Part shown: in pieces, positions 49,380 to 62,900 of the stretch
How the letters are laid out: every line of letters starts with the position of its first letter
Position numbering within the stretch: position 1 is the first letter of the stretch
Assembly (NCBI GenBank): GCA_964016885.1
Contig: OZ024743.1
Location: 194,618,001-194,682,000, forward strand
Length of the DNA stretch: 64,000 nucleotides
Direction of reading: 5' to 3'
Source: Eledone cirrhosa
Lineage: Eukaryota
Notes under the pieces: generated by a model
Database searches by the model: none
Told to the model about the DNA's origin: nothing
Seen by the model: the letters and a program-made list of their open reading frames with translations, nothing else
Program-made: the position numbers and the translations under genes

Positions 49380-49600
49380 CATAAAGAGTTCCCTCTCCGA
49401 GGCAAAAGTCCGGGAAAGCTTTTTTGTGGAATACCAGTAGTCGCCCATGCATACCAGTCCCTTCTCTCCACGTCACCGATGTTGTCCAAAGGAAAGGCAA
49501 TGACTGATACAGCTTGGCACAAGTGACGTCGCAACACATTTCTACAGCCGAGTAAACTGGAACCCGACGCTCTAACCACTAAGCCATTCACCTTCACATA
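49380..49600 (-). mobile_element. Second SINE-type repeat, internally deleted
   Basis: Minus strand begins gtgaaggtgaaTGGCTTAGTGGttagagcg (Pol III A-box-like); GC-richer island in AT-rich DNA. Confidence 0.5.
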
Positions 49601-50299
49601 TAGATCAAGTACTCCACTTATACAATATATAAAAATGTTGTGTGTGCAGCGACTGTTATTGTTTTTCACTAATTCAGATCGGATCAAGCTGACCTATACC
49701 AAAATATCTTTAGTGCTTCACGTCTTTTGTATTTTAGACAGAGTCATTTTTTAAATGTGGTATGGTGTGGAATGAGGGTGATTTTGCTGCTATTTGAAGC
49801 AGGTAAATTAACTAGGTAAGGATTTCTTGTTGGTTCTCGTTGTGATGGGATTGGTGGAGTTGTTGATACACGTAACTGTTATCAAGAGGGCTGTATAATC
49901 ATGTTTAATATTTGATCTCTTTGTCTGTTCTGGAGTTGACTGTAACAGCAGGTGACATGAATTCAGTCTAAATGTTTCTCTTAATTTATGATGTACGTCT
50001 GAGAATTGTGATGGATATTGCTGTCTTTATTCTTTACGTGCAGGATGGATAATATATTGATTATGGGAGTCTATTGTTATACTTGTTTTGTGTCGACAAG
50101 TTGATTGAAAAGGTGCTTATATAGGTGCTAGTATTTCAGATTAAAAGAAACTTTATTCTTGATGCTATTTTGTCTCTTCTTACGTTATCTACATATATTA
50201 ATACCAAGATTGTGTTGGTTACGTTTGGTGTATGTCATATATAATATGCTAATAAGATTCATGTTGCTTGCTTTACTTTACATTTTACAATAGAGGTTT

Positions 50300-50505
50300 G
50301 TGATTTTGGCTCAAGGCCAGCAATTTTGGGAAAAAGGAAAGTTGGTAATATCGACCAGCGTACATAAATATTACTTTATTTTAACGACTCGGAAGAATGA
50401 AAGGCAATGTTGACCTCGGCAGTATACAATTCAGAACAAAAGGTACCTGATCAAATATGGCTAAGCGCTTGTCTGAGTTTCTAACGACTCTGCTAATCCA
50501 TTCTC
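50300..50505 (-). mobile_element. Degenerate copy of the tRNA-type SINE
   Basis: ggctcaaggccagcaatt..tcgacc..gaatgaaaggcaatgttgacctcggc..ctctgctaatcca matches 36633-36818. Confidence 0.65.
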
Positions 50506-53500
50506 CGTTTTTTTTTCTAATAATAAGCTGTCGTTTATTGTATACATATATGCTATTTATGAAATTCTGTTGGATATGGAGATTATACCATAAGCCCTAT
50601 GTAGCTTTTGGGAGGCATAAATAGATAATAAACATCGCTTTGATGGTGTTGTATCATCGATTCTGGTATAAATGCAATTTGAATGATGTTTGTGATTTAG
50701 GTTATAATTCACGCCCATTAGTATATATTATATTTACATTGCACACATTGGTGTACATTAATAATCGAGGTTGATGCTACATATTTTTGTATGCGATACA
50801 TCTTTCTTCAGAGGTGTTCACTGATGATGATATTATTGTAGTGTAGACAAAAATCAGCCTTGCTCTAGGTATTAGGCCTGACAAACAAATCCCTCTTCCT
50901 AGATATAACATCTCTCACTCTAGCTGGAGACTATACTGCATAGTCCGATATGCAGAGCTGAACTGGTGTTTAGTGTGACAGCCTTGGCATATTCCACACT
51001 CTCCACTGCTATGTCTGCAAGCACAGAGATTTGATTAGAGTGACAATTGATGTTCTTCACATTTATCTTTGGTGCTGTGCATATGCCATACCATATACAG
51101 TCTTTAAATAGTCTGGTCAATTGGATGACGGAGTCTATTATCTTAGTGAACAAATAAAAAACACTGTGGAACTGTGTTAATGATGGGAAAATATGGAAAT
51201 AGGTACTCGCATGATAACATATTTACTTTAGGATTAAATAGCTAGTTACTACGATTGAAGAAAGAGAATATTTTTACTTGTGAATATAAAAACACGAAGC
51301 AAAATATTCACTATTAGCTTATTGTGTTCGTTTAATATTTAGCTATCATTTCTTGCTTGTTTAGTAACCACATAGAGGATATATATTCAATTTTATACTT
51401 GTTGGAACTGTGTACCTTAATAATACTAGATTAATTAAACAAATAGTTCCTCAAGCTGAGAAGGATCTCTGTGCTGTAATGTTGGTACAGCATGGAGATA
51501 AACACACATTTTGGCACTAAGTGTAAAAGCTATTCGAAAACATCGATGAAAGGGGAAAAAACGGCAGGGTGCAGCAAAAATATCCTAAATTAACACATAA
51601 ACACATAAATGCAAAAAAAGGGCAATAATGTCATTAAATTTCTTAGTTAAATAGACTTAACCCACAGCTTATTTTAAGACGGCTAGCTAGCTCTGAGTAT
51701 CTAAATTGAGTTCTATTCTATTAAATGGATTAAAGTCAAGTCAGCTTTGATCTGAAGATAACCTCTTTCCTTCATTCCTCTCGTCTAGGAGGCTGTGAAA
51801 AGAGTCATGGAACATGTCTTTCCTACTTTGATTAAGCAATTAATAAAACTAAGATTTCAAGGCAAGATATAATATAAACTGTTAGCAACATTTTTACAGA
51901 TATATGTCTGTTCGTAAGACCGGGTTTGGTAAGACATGAGTGTAGTGAATGAATATATATTACATATATGGTAGGGATTCTCTTGGATAAAATGTAATGT
52001 TTATAAATATTGCATAATTGAAATATAATGTAGTTTATATTGTTTGTAGATGTAAGAATGTCAACGTAACTTATTGTGTGAGGCTTTATTTTTGATGAAT
52101 CTAAAGCATCCGCTAATTTGCTAATTTTAATACAAGTTTCAAAAACGAAAACATAGATTGTGTTTTTATTTGATTTCATTGGTAAATGTTAAATAACAAA
52201 TAAAGATATATAAAACATTCACATAAATGAGTAAACATTGTGAAGCGTCCATGTTTCAAAAGAAAGATATCAATCACGTTTTAATGTATTTGAAATGTAA
52301 ATATCTTAGAAAGTTCTAACATTAGTTTGATTAAGGATACATTGCACGATTCGTCTTGTTAGGAAAAGAGTCACTGGTGAATACAGACACGAAACTAATC
52401 AAAATGCATGAGTTTTCCAGCCTGGGATAGTGTAGCAACCGTTGAATATAATTTGTATCTATCGAAAAGAAGTTGAGGAACAGACAAAGGTAATCTTGCC
52501 AACAATGATATAGGCAATTCCTGCATACTCACTCTTGGGAGATATGGTGATCGATAAGATTTCCAATTGTAATTAGTGCTCATTTTATTAATTTATCGCT
52601 ACATCTGATCGTAGATAAGGAGAAACCTTTGTCAGGGATAATGTCAAGGAGTAAATGGAAGAATTTCGCGTAAATAAATGAACCTATCACTAATGGCAAT
52701 GATGTTGCTTTTATCAAAATACTAATAATCAAAGATATGAGAATCGTTGTTTGGCCCAATTTCAATGATTGGCATAATATATCATAGAGTTATAGAAAAC
52801 AGGTTAGTTTGGTGATAGAATGTCTATGAGATTGAAGTCTCAGAAGATTTTCTGTTTACTGCCTGCATATTATAAAGATGTTAACAATGGCAGAAAGAAA
52901 AATAATATAATAACGGAAATACTATAAGAATAATAGAAATCTACAACACTTTATATGATATAACCAAATATTTATTTTTGTTCCTTTTGTTTTCTTCATT
53001 GTAATTTTATCTATTTTGTATTTGATTTAACCAGACAGATGTTGCATTTGATAAATATATTTTCGGAGAAAAATAAATTATTTTAACTGTTCTTTTTTTT
53101 TTTTTTTTACTTAGTTTCTTTATTAATATTTAAGATGAAACGTTAATGGAATTTAGAACAGTTTTTCGTTCTGAAATAACATCTATTGTGTAATATGTGA
53201 ATAAATCAAGGTGTCTATACTGACGAAATAAATTTATGCATTCAGTATCTTAACGGTGGTTGTGCTATATTCTTCATATGTAACAAACACAAGGTAAATG
53301 TCACACATAAATTACATGTAGAAATAATACGCTTTTCAATAGGAATGTATCTTTCCATGTTATCTTTCTGTTAATTACTTTTTTTCCTTTCAATATGATA
53401 ATATGAATTTAATCTAGTATTGATCAGATGAAAACTAAAGGCTGCTTACATTATAGAATTTGAATGTATATAGGTTGTTAGGTGAAGATCACAATATTTG

Positions 53501-55516
53501 TGTTATCTGTATTTGTAAATTCAAGTTAGCCTTGAATATTCCATCGATTTATATACATCTTAAGAAAAATATTTACGTTAGCAGCACGTTGAAGAATTTC
53601 ATATACGATTTTATCTAAATTATAATTTAATGAAGATCAGGGATGAACTCTGTTTTAGTAATGAACAATTATGAAGTAACTTTCACAAAACGTATATATA
53701 TCGGAAAATAATATACACCATCTATTTCTTTATTAGAATATTAAGTCTACATAAATTTAGAGAATTGTATTTTATTAGAAGGCTACCAAAATGTGAATTA
53801 GATATAAATAGTTAAAATATAAGAAACGTAGTTGATTATTGGCCCTTATATTACAGAATAAAATCCCTTCATCAAAAGAATAATTGAGTCCATTAATTCA
53901 TAAGTTTCCATATTTAAAATTTTAAAGTAGTGTCTTTTTCCAACGCTGGAAATGTTAAATATACCAAGCGGTATGATTTGTAAGCTATGCTCTAATTCTA
54001 GCTATGGTTCATCTCTTTTTGAATTGGAATGAAGTGTCGTAGTAGATATGTCTATGTTAACCATTGGGTGTTGAGTTCTACTTTGTTGATGATTTTGTGC
54101 CTGGTTTTGGTTATTACAATAGATTTTTTGATTCTGGGATTTCCGGTATTCTTATCCCCGGCTTCAATATTAACTGTTGTATCTTTATTTGTAAATGTAT
54201 TTATTGCGTAATTCATGAAGTTCAATCACTTCTCATTATATTTTTTTTCATTCGTGAACTTTCCTTTTCTATAACGAAAATAGTTTAATTACTACAAAAC
54301 ATGAACTTGTTCGTACAGACATCAACTACAATGAAAGAGCATGATATAATACACAGACGAACACCAGCGGGTGTTGCTGACCATTGTCAGTGGGAATGCT
54401 TTTGCGGTCTTGTTCGCGGAGCGCAGCCCCTTTACCACCGCACCCAAGGCCTGGAGCCCAATGTTCTTTCCTATCCCCATCTCCATTCTTCTGTGACACT
54501 AGAGCCCTTGCCCTTCCCTCCATTTCCCTTTTTTTTTCTCTCTTTCTTTCTTTTGAAGCTAAATTGTCTTTTTTTGTTTCTCTATTAAACTGTATTTACA
54601 TGATATAAAACATACCTTCTCAGAGAAATCACGGAAAATTGAGACGTTTTCACGATAAACGTCATTGTTTACAACACGATGATTATGCGCATTTAGATGA
54701 CGAAATAAGTTACTATACTTTATAGCTCTTTTTATTTTGACCAGTTACTGAAGTAAACCTATTTCATATATATGTAATTGTTTAGCTAGGTTTCTGCCTA
54801 TATAATAGTCTCGTATATTATTCGTCGTAGTGCAGCTCAACGTTAAATTCCATAAAATATACTTAGCTCGACATTTTATTTTGGTGTACGTGTTAGTGTT
54901 GTTATTGTTGTGGGTATGTGGGTATAGTTTACTACATTCAGTGTATGAATGGGTGCTAATAGTAGATGTGGTGAGGTTGTGTTGTATGCGTGTATCCCCT
55001 CCCCCCACGTATGTGATGTGTGTGTGTGTGTGTGTGTATGTGTGTGCGTACTTCTGGTGTTAGTCTTGGTAGATGGGCGTGGTGGTTTGTACCCTCAGTC
55101 CGGTGATGTTGATTTGTATCTGTGTAAGTACAAAACAGAGCGACCTAAAGAGGAAAGGGGGTGTTGTGTGTACTTACTGGGGGTTAATAGCACTATGTGC
55201 ATGTGCGTTCTGCTGAAGTCTGGTGCAAACCGCGTTCGTTTTAGTAGTGATATAGCTGAGTAGGCATTCTGCCTATGGTTACGTTGGGTTGCTTAATTTT
55301 GAGTCTGTGTGTGCATATTATTTTGCTAATCGAGTTTGCATGTGAGCGTGTGGGTAACTGGTTTGATGTGTGGAGGTGTGCTTATATTCCATGAGTTTAT
55401 GTTTGAAACATACAACCATAGGTAGAACACTTACACAGCTACATCACTACTAAGAGGAAAAGTTGCTTTGGTAATTTTGAAGAACATGTTTGGAAAATAG
55501 CCTTCATACGTAATCA

Positions 55517-55604
55517 TTCTTCTTCTTCTTCTTCTTCTTCTTCTTCTTCTTCTTCTTCTTCTTCTTCTTCTTCTTCTTCTTCTTCTTCTTCTTCTTCTTC
55601 TTCT
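55517..55604. repeat. (CTT)n microsatellite
   Basis: Direct sequence. Confidence 0.95.
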
Positions 55605-56156
55605 TTACCATAGGCCCAGCACTTATAAAGCTACATCACAACTAATACGAAAAGTTGTTTTGGTAAATTTCAAGGAGAACCTATTTTGAAAATAATCTTC
55701 ATAGGTAATAATCATTTGCCAGAAATCTTCTATTTGTTAAAGAAACACCATATCATTAATATAATGTTCGACATTACTTCATCAATACCAAACTATATAA
55801 ATTTGACGAGACTAAATGCACAAATGCAATAGGACTAATAATATTATATAGTAATATAGAATCACTGACCTATGAAATAAATGCATATGTTCGAAATAGC
55901 CTAGAATTCAATGACTGATCGAAATATAAAGACGGAAATATGGAAGCAATTTTATCATTGAATGACCATAATCACGACAGAAGAAAAGTACCCAATATAT
56001 TTAATAAGAGTTTATTTGTTCGTTTTCCTCACTTGAGACATTCAGTCGCTGCTTCAAGTTTCTCATCTGTGTCTGTGCGTTCGTTCAGATAGAATATCTT
56101 TATTTATTTACACAAAAGTTCCTAGTAGACACCAAATGATTCATCAAACTTGAAAG

Positions 56157-56243
<87 letters not shown>

Positions 56244-56304
56244 GTAGAACACTGGAAGGTAATATCCGTAGTGGCAGAGCACTCAGTCCATGGCACGAGT
56301 TAAG

Positions 56305-56482
56305 TAGAAGTGGTTACACGACAGTTAGTTCACCACACCGAGAACAGTTGTTTCAACTTAGCGGATCCTCAGCTCGTAATGGAGATGGTTATATGGTGTA
56401 TAACAATGTCCATTACGAGCTGAGGATTCGCTAAAGTGAAACAATTGTTCTCGGTATGGTGAACTAACTGTTGTGTAACCAC

Positions 56483-56487
<5 letters not shown>
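56305..56487. repeat. Fold-back palindrome (89-bp arms, 5-nt loop) between (TA)n tracts
   Basis: Arms 56305-56393 and 56399-56487; 8 mismatches counted by eye. Confidence 0.92.
56410..56459 (+). ncRNA. Minimal type I hammerhead-like motif (probably Penelope-associated)
   Basis: ccat-ta-cgag CTGAGGA ..11 nt.. GAAAC AATT GTT ctcg-gt-atgg. Stem I pairs and stem III is palindromic, but stem II is poor. Confidence 0.4.
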
Positions 56488-56556
<69 letters not shown>

Positions 56557-56579
56557 ATAATATTAAATTTGAAGACTAA

Positions 56580-57071
56580 AATCAGCTTCAAATTTAGCTA
56601 ATCTACCTAGCCGTAGGAACACGAGCAACCCTGTAGTTAGTACTAACTGTAATTGTAGGAATCGGGTTGACTGCCCCCTATCCCGGAAATGCCTCTCTAG
56701 TAACATTGTCTATAAATGTAAGGTTGAAACACCCACGTCCCGTAGGGCCTACATAGATTCAAGCAGCGTCTTATATGCATACCCATTCTTTTCGTTACCC
56801 TCTAAGAAGGAATATGACGTCACTTTCAGCTTATATTTGGAGTCTAAAAGACAACCATACACAATATAAGTTACACTTGGAGATCCTAGCTAGGTCTAGA
56901 TCGTATAACGGAAATAAAAGACCACGTCACCTCTGTGCCGCTGAGGCCCTGGAAATACTCTACGCCACAGACCACATCTTAACCAAAACATCTGAGGCAA
57001 TTTCGGCTTGTAAACATAAATTGCACAAAACTTTCCTGTATTACAGCCCCACATTATACCCTAATGGATAG
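56580..57071 (+). mobile_element. Penelope-like element GIY-YIG endonuclease remnant
   Basis: CNCRNRVDCPLSRKCLSSNIVYKCKV..AYI at ~56648-56760, then TSLSAYIWSLK..ILA..Y..LC..E..I..SE..CKH. Confidence 0.75.
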
Positions 57072-58027
57072 TACGAACTATACGCAGATACTTTACGTCT
57101 TGATGTGGTAGCTAAGTATATGTTATGTTTATACCATTACTTATTTATATAGGTAAGTATATATTACCTGTATGTTTTGTGAAGGTACGTATACTTTCTC
57201 GTACGTATATTTGATAGTATATATTATGGCGTATATTTTATATATTCTGGTGCATATGCTTTTGCTTATGTGTATACGTGAATTTTGCGTCTATGTGAGT
57301 ATGCTGGTTCGTACGTATGTAGGGTGTGTCTATATGTGTATTTCATGATTTGGTTGACGTACGTCTCCGAACATATGTGTATTTACATGTAGGTATGTGT
57401 GTGCGCTTGTTATATACGTATTTATTTATTTATTTATATACGTTTATTTAATTATTTGTATACACGCACACACACACACACATATTTATATTTGCGTGTA
57501 TTTGTATACCTATGACGAGTGTTTTCGCGTATCCTTGTGTATGTACGTACATGGATGCGCGTATGTATTTATTTAATTTCAATTACCTCTGTATTTTATT
57601 TACTTTATTCTTAACTCTGAAGCCGAGAATCATTCGGTTTCCTAGTTAGAATTTTAGTCTACGACTTCTGCTATACCATTTACGTGGTTTTGTCTTTGCG
57701 TGCAATTGTTCTCCACGCTCCACATATGTATTATCTTCGTTTTTTCCGTTCATTGCCAGAGAACGTCTCTATGAACCACCTAATAGAATATTAGTCTACG
57801 ACTTCTTTTACACCATAAACGTGGTTTTGTCTATGCGTGTAATTGTTTTTCACCGCTCTAAATAATGACGTATATTATTCCTTTTTTTTTCCTGTCTTCT
57901 TCCGGTTGCAACGTTTTTTGAAATATTCACTTCTGCGTTCACAAATTGACTTTGTTAGTTTCAGTAGATCACGTTAAGTGTGAAAGCAGCGATTCTTTGC
58001 TTAAACTTTAATCTGTTATTTTAATAA

Positions 58028-58046
58028 ATATATATATATATACATA

Positions 58047-58127
<81 letters not shown>

Positions 58128-58142
58128 ACACACAAACACACA

Positions 58143-58210
<68 letters not shown>

Positions 58211-58218
58211 ATATATAT
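58028..58218. repeat. (CA)n/(TA)n microsatellite
   Basis: Direct sequence. Confidence 0.95.
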
Positions 58219-59289
58219 GAACGAGTAATTTATTTCAGCAAGAACGTTTGTTAGTTTGAGTGGGTTGATTGGATATAATAGAATTTGTTTTTCACTTTTA
58301 ATTATTTGATGGTATGTCGTTAAAATGTATTAGTTGGTGGTTTTTATTATTCTATGAATGTGCAAAACTTAGTACGTAACTAGTGGCGATCTTTGTAGAT
58401 AAATACTAACCACGTATTATGGCGACTGCAAACTGATGACGTGAGTCGCCTCTGTATCGCTAGTTAGCATAGATTTTGTCTTGTATATGCATCGGAGTGC
58501 GTTTTAGGTATAGTTATGTAGGATGCAATTAGATTTTGTTTAAATGTATGTCTATCCTGGTATTTGTTTGATAGTTTAGATTAATGGATAATATGTTTGA
58601 GTTCATGGATAGCCATATATATAGTAGGTATTAATTTATCATTACATGCTAGGTAAATAAATCTATTTTGATTTTACATCAACTCATTTATGCTGATATT
58701 AAACTATGGGTCCATCTGAACTAAACGCAATGTCTTTGTAATGTCATATTTTCAATCTTTTGAAATATATTATAGATGGAGTAAAAATATATTTATAATA
58801 AACTGCACAGGTGATTTGCATTACATAAGCGCTCATTGAAAAGATCGGGAAATATCGGAAGCAATAAAAAAAAAATGGAATATACAAAATAATAATAAAT
58901 AAAGAAGTGAATTAACGAAAAACACCCGCGCCTTCATTTTCATACAAATAATTATTATAACGAAGATGTGATACAATGAAAATGTCATTATAATGAAAAT
59001 GTGTGAAGCGAAATCATTGCAAAAGTTATTTTGAAATTCTTCACGGCAATTAAATGGCGGCGAGATCGACAGAATTTAATATAAATTAATATCAACGCAG
59101 CAAGGTTTCGTTATATATTTGAATTTTTATCAACTTTATAATCCTAAAAACATGACAAATGATCAACACTGTTCATTAAAATTAAATAAGCGCCATCAGA
59201 TGCTAAGCATAATCAATTGAAGTTGAAGCTAAAGCAAAAACTGTCTATTAGCAACTAGAAAAATAATAATTGATCAGGATTCTACGAAA

Positions 59290-59827
59290 TACGGTGTTAG
59301 AATATCTTCTGTTCAGTGTTAACATTAAACGTTAGTGAATATTTTTAGATATATGGACATAGAAGAAGAGAGGTAAATGCGAAACTCGATATTTTCAGTT
59401 GGGTTTCGTGTCTACAGTCGTGAATCTTATGTAATAACCGAAAGAATACGAATGTGAATATAAGCGTCCGCAATGGGGTCCTCCCGAAGGCAATTTCGGT
59501 TAACTTTACTCGATATGATGGGTATCTAAGAAATCAGGTAGAGTCGCTACATCACTGAATCGAGAATTTGCAACTCCGATACTACAAACCTGTGGTTAGA
59601 ATATCTAAGGAAAGATGAGCTGGATAGATTTTACGAGCAATGCCAACCACCAGGAGACCAAGAGGCCGACTACGAGAAAGTTGGTGGATAGCATCTATGT
59701 GCTCGGTTAGACACGCTTATGTGATCCAGCGGTATCAACTGGAGACGGTAGTGTCTGATAGAAATCACTGACAGGCGTTCCTGATGCTTCTACCTCCACG
59801 ACACTCCCAGGAATAAATTAACGGTGA
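59290..59827 (+). mobile_element. Old RTE-clade LINE 3' fragment ending in (AAC)n/(AAT)n
   Basis: Decayed VITERIR..ASAM..TLLD, caggtagagtcgctac..gagaatttgcaactccgatactac and RRPRGR motifs; homologous to 15850-16306. Confidence 0.65.
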
Positions 59828-59911
59828 ATAATAACGGTGAACAACAACAACAACAACAACAACAGCAATAATAATGATAATAATAATAATAATAATAATA
59901 TTACTAATAAT
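59828..59911. repeat. (AAC)n/(AAT)n tract
   Basis: Direct sequence. Confidence 0.95.
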
Positions 59912-62900
59912 GATTTCTTTATTAACCACAAGGGTTTACATAAAGTAGACATTAAGGACAGTACAGGACAATACAGGACGGTCCAAATGGGCATTTCTGC
60001 GTGTAAAAACACAAAAAACAGAGGATGTAACAAAAAAATAACAATGAAAAATTCCCCAATAGGGGGGGGAGATCTCCGAGGGACATTTGTGGAGAAAGCC
60101 CATTAAAAGGCCATAGTGACCCTGACCGCTAGGGCAAGTGCCCCCTCCCAGTTTTCCACTTTTAATTTACAGACACATACTCAGAGTAGGCCCATTCACT
60201 CGGGCCATTCTTGCTTCTCTCACCCATCTTTCAACAAAATGCTGGGAAGGGAGCACTTCCCTCTCTACCCTGATTTTCCTTTTCAGGTGAAATTTGAAAA
60301 AGTCAATCAGGGCATCACCGAAGAGGTAAGTGCTCGTTTTTCAGCCCTTTCAAACGTGTCCACCATACTATCTCTTTCGCCATGGCCACCAGACAGATAA
60401 AAACTGCCTGCCCTTCCCGGCTAAAGGAAGAGGGTGGAGAAATCCTCACGATGGACTCAGCTGATAGCTGGATCCGTCCTACACGTGACAGCAGGTGTTC
60501 GACATAAACCCCCCAAGTCAGCAATGGTCGGACACTGGACGAGTGCGTGCAGGACGGTTTCGTCGCCCTGCGCCCATCTCGGACATGCCCGGCTGACGGC
60601 ACCCCCATGCCTGTAGAGTTTATCCCGAACTGGCAAAGCTCCTCGGTAGCACAGCCAGGCCAGCGATTTCTGGAAGTTGTCCATAGGCCCCGGCCCGAAA
60701 GTCCTTCCGAAGAGATTGGCTAGTTGATTTCCTCGACGCCTAGAGTTTCTCCAAGTACGTCGTCGCTCTTCCACTCCACTAATCCTCTATAGAACGGCAA
60801 GGTGGAGTTTCCACCGATCACATTGCCCGATTGGTCGAGGGCTGTGAGCGTCTAAAGACATTCCGGTCTCCAGGCGCTCCCTCTCGGTCTTCGCTTGACC
60901 CAGGACTGCAGCTCCGTCAAGGAGACGTGCTGGGGAAAGACGCGTCTAGCAAACGGCGACCACACCTGATCACTGCCGAGGAAGAGATGGAGATGTCGTA
61001 GCCTGAGCGCATGTCTGCGCATCATCAGCCACGGCATTACCAGCCCTCCACGTAGCGGGTGTTGACAGCAGATGGACCGCCTGCCCATCGGAGCAAACGC
61101 TCCAGCGCAGTCAGGCGGGACTTAGGACAATATACGACGGTCAGGCGGTAGTAGATGGCGGATGCGATGTACGCGGTAGCCATCTCCGCTAGACCATTCA
61201 GGGATAGCTTTCACTTCGCTCATTTCTGGGTGAGGGAAGCCACCCTGCTCGTCACCTCGTCCCAGTTTTTGTCCGTCTGGAGGTCCGGACCGAACCAGAC
61301 CCCTAGCAATTTAACCGGTCCCTTCATCCAGCGTCCGACGACGCTGTTGGACGGTACGGACCTGCCTCTCCAGGTACCGAGCTGCAGGCCCACTGACCTT
61401 TCCTGGTTGATCATTGCTCCTGTCACTGCTTCGTATTCTCTTAGTGTAGTGCCGATCGCCTCGATGTGTTTGGCGTTCGACACCACTACGGTGACATCAT
61501 CCACATATGTTGACACGGATCTTCCGCGTCCTAGTTCGCGCGGGACCCCCTCAATGTCTCCAGTTTGTGCAGTAATGGCTCGAGAGTCAATACGTACAAA
61601 AGGGACGAGAGGGGACATCCTTGGCGGACTGAGCGCATGATGTTGAACGGTTCCGAAAGGTGACCGTTCAATCTCACCACAGAGCAGATGTAGCTGGGCA
61701 TGGCAGCGATCCAGCCTCTGAAGACGGGCCCAAAGCCAGCTGCCCTCAGGAATCCCGCTAGGTAACGATGATCGATCATATCGAAAGCTTTCGACTGATC
61801 TAAATTGATCAAGGACCCACCCTTGCCAGGTTCCCTAGCTACCCTCTCTACGATGTATCGCATGAGGTGGAGGTTGTGGATGGATCTGTCGGGAATGGCT
61901 CTCCCAACAGACCACCAACGACAAGCGCCAACCTCTTTGCTAGCACCTTGGCCAAAATCTTGAACTCTGTGTTTAGCAGAGTTATGGGCCTGAAATTATC
62001 TATGTTATCCCCCTTGTTCGGATCCTTTCTCAGCAGTGCCACCGCTCCTCGGCTCACAGAGCTGGGAATTCTCCCGTTCTGTTGCCAGTTGCAGTAGACG
62101 TCCGCCAAGAGGCCTCCGAACAAGTCTGGCATCTGTACGTAAAGTTCATAGGGTAGACCATCCAAACCCGGCGATTTACCCCTTGTGCAGCCAGTTATTG
62201 CCTCCGGTACTTCAGCGGCTGTTATCGGCTTTTCGCAACACTCCGCCTCAGTGGCTGAGAGCCGCGGCAGTCCATCGAGGTAGACACTAAAGTCCATCCC
62301 TCCACCCGGCCCACCGCTGCCCCCGAACAGCTGAGCGAAGTGTCGTGAAAAGCTTCACACTTTTGCCCGGGATCGAGTAGCATGCGCCCGTCGTGGTCCA
62401 CCAAAGACCGGATCGTGGCTTTGTTGCCACGACGCGCCTCCGCCACTCGGGCCCATTGAACGGCTTTCGTCCCCTCGTGTCTGAGAGCACGCACCCTTGC
62501 TCTGACAACGCAGCCTTCGTGCTTTGCATCGAAGAATTGGTCAAAGGCCAATTTCGCCGCAAGCACGTCGGTCGCATTGCCTTTGCTAAGCGCCTCGTAT
62601 AATTTTCTAACTAGATCTCCCTCTGCTCTATTTTTCTCTATTGCTAAAGCCTTACTAAACCTAATGGATTCTATTCTAATCGCTCTTTTCAGAGCAAACC
62701 ACCACTTGTTGTTGACGATGGCTCCCGTCAACGCCCGCTTAACTAGTTCGGTCTCTGTAGGGCTTGCGCGCTGGTAAGGACGCGTTAAGCTTCCAGTAGC
62801 CGGGTCCTCGTCTATGAAGCCTATCTAAGTCAAGCACACAGATCACGAATTTGTGGTCCGTGTAGCTGACTATCTTGAATTGTGGACAGCCTATGCTAGA

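Noticed and set aside
54745-55008. ORF with KCRAKYILW..YYIG resembling GIY-YIG
   Set aside because: Motif too degenerate to support without a profile search.
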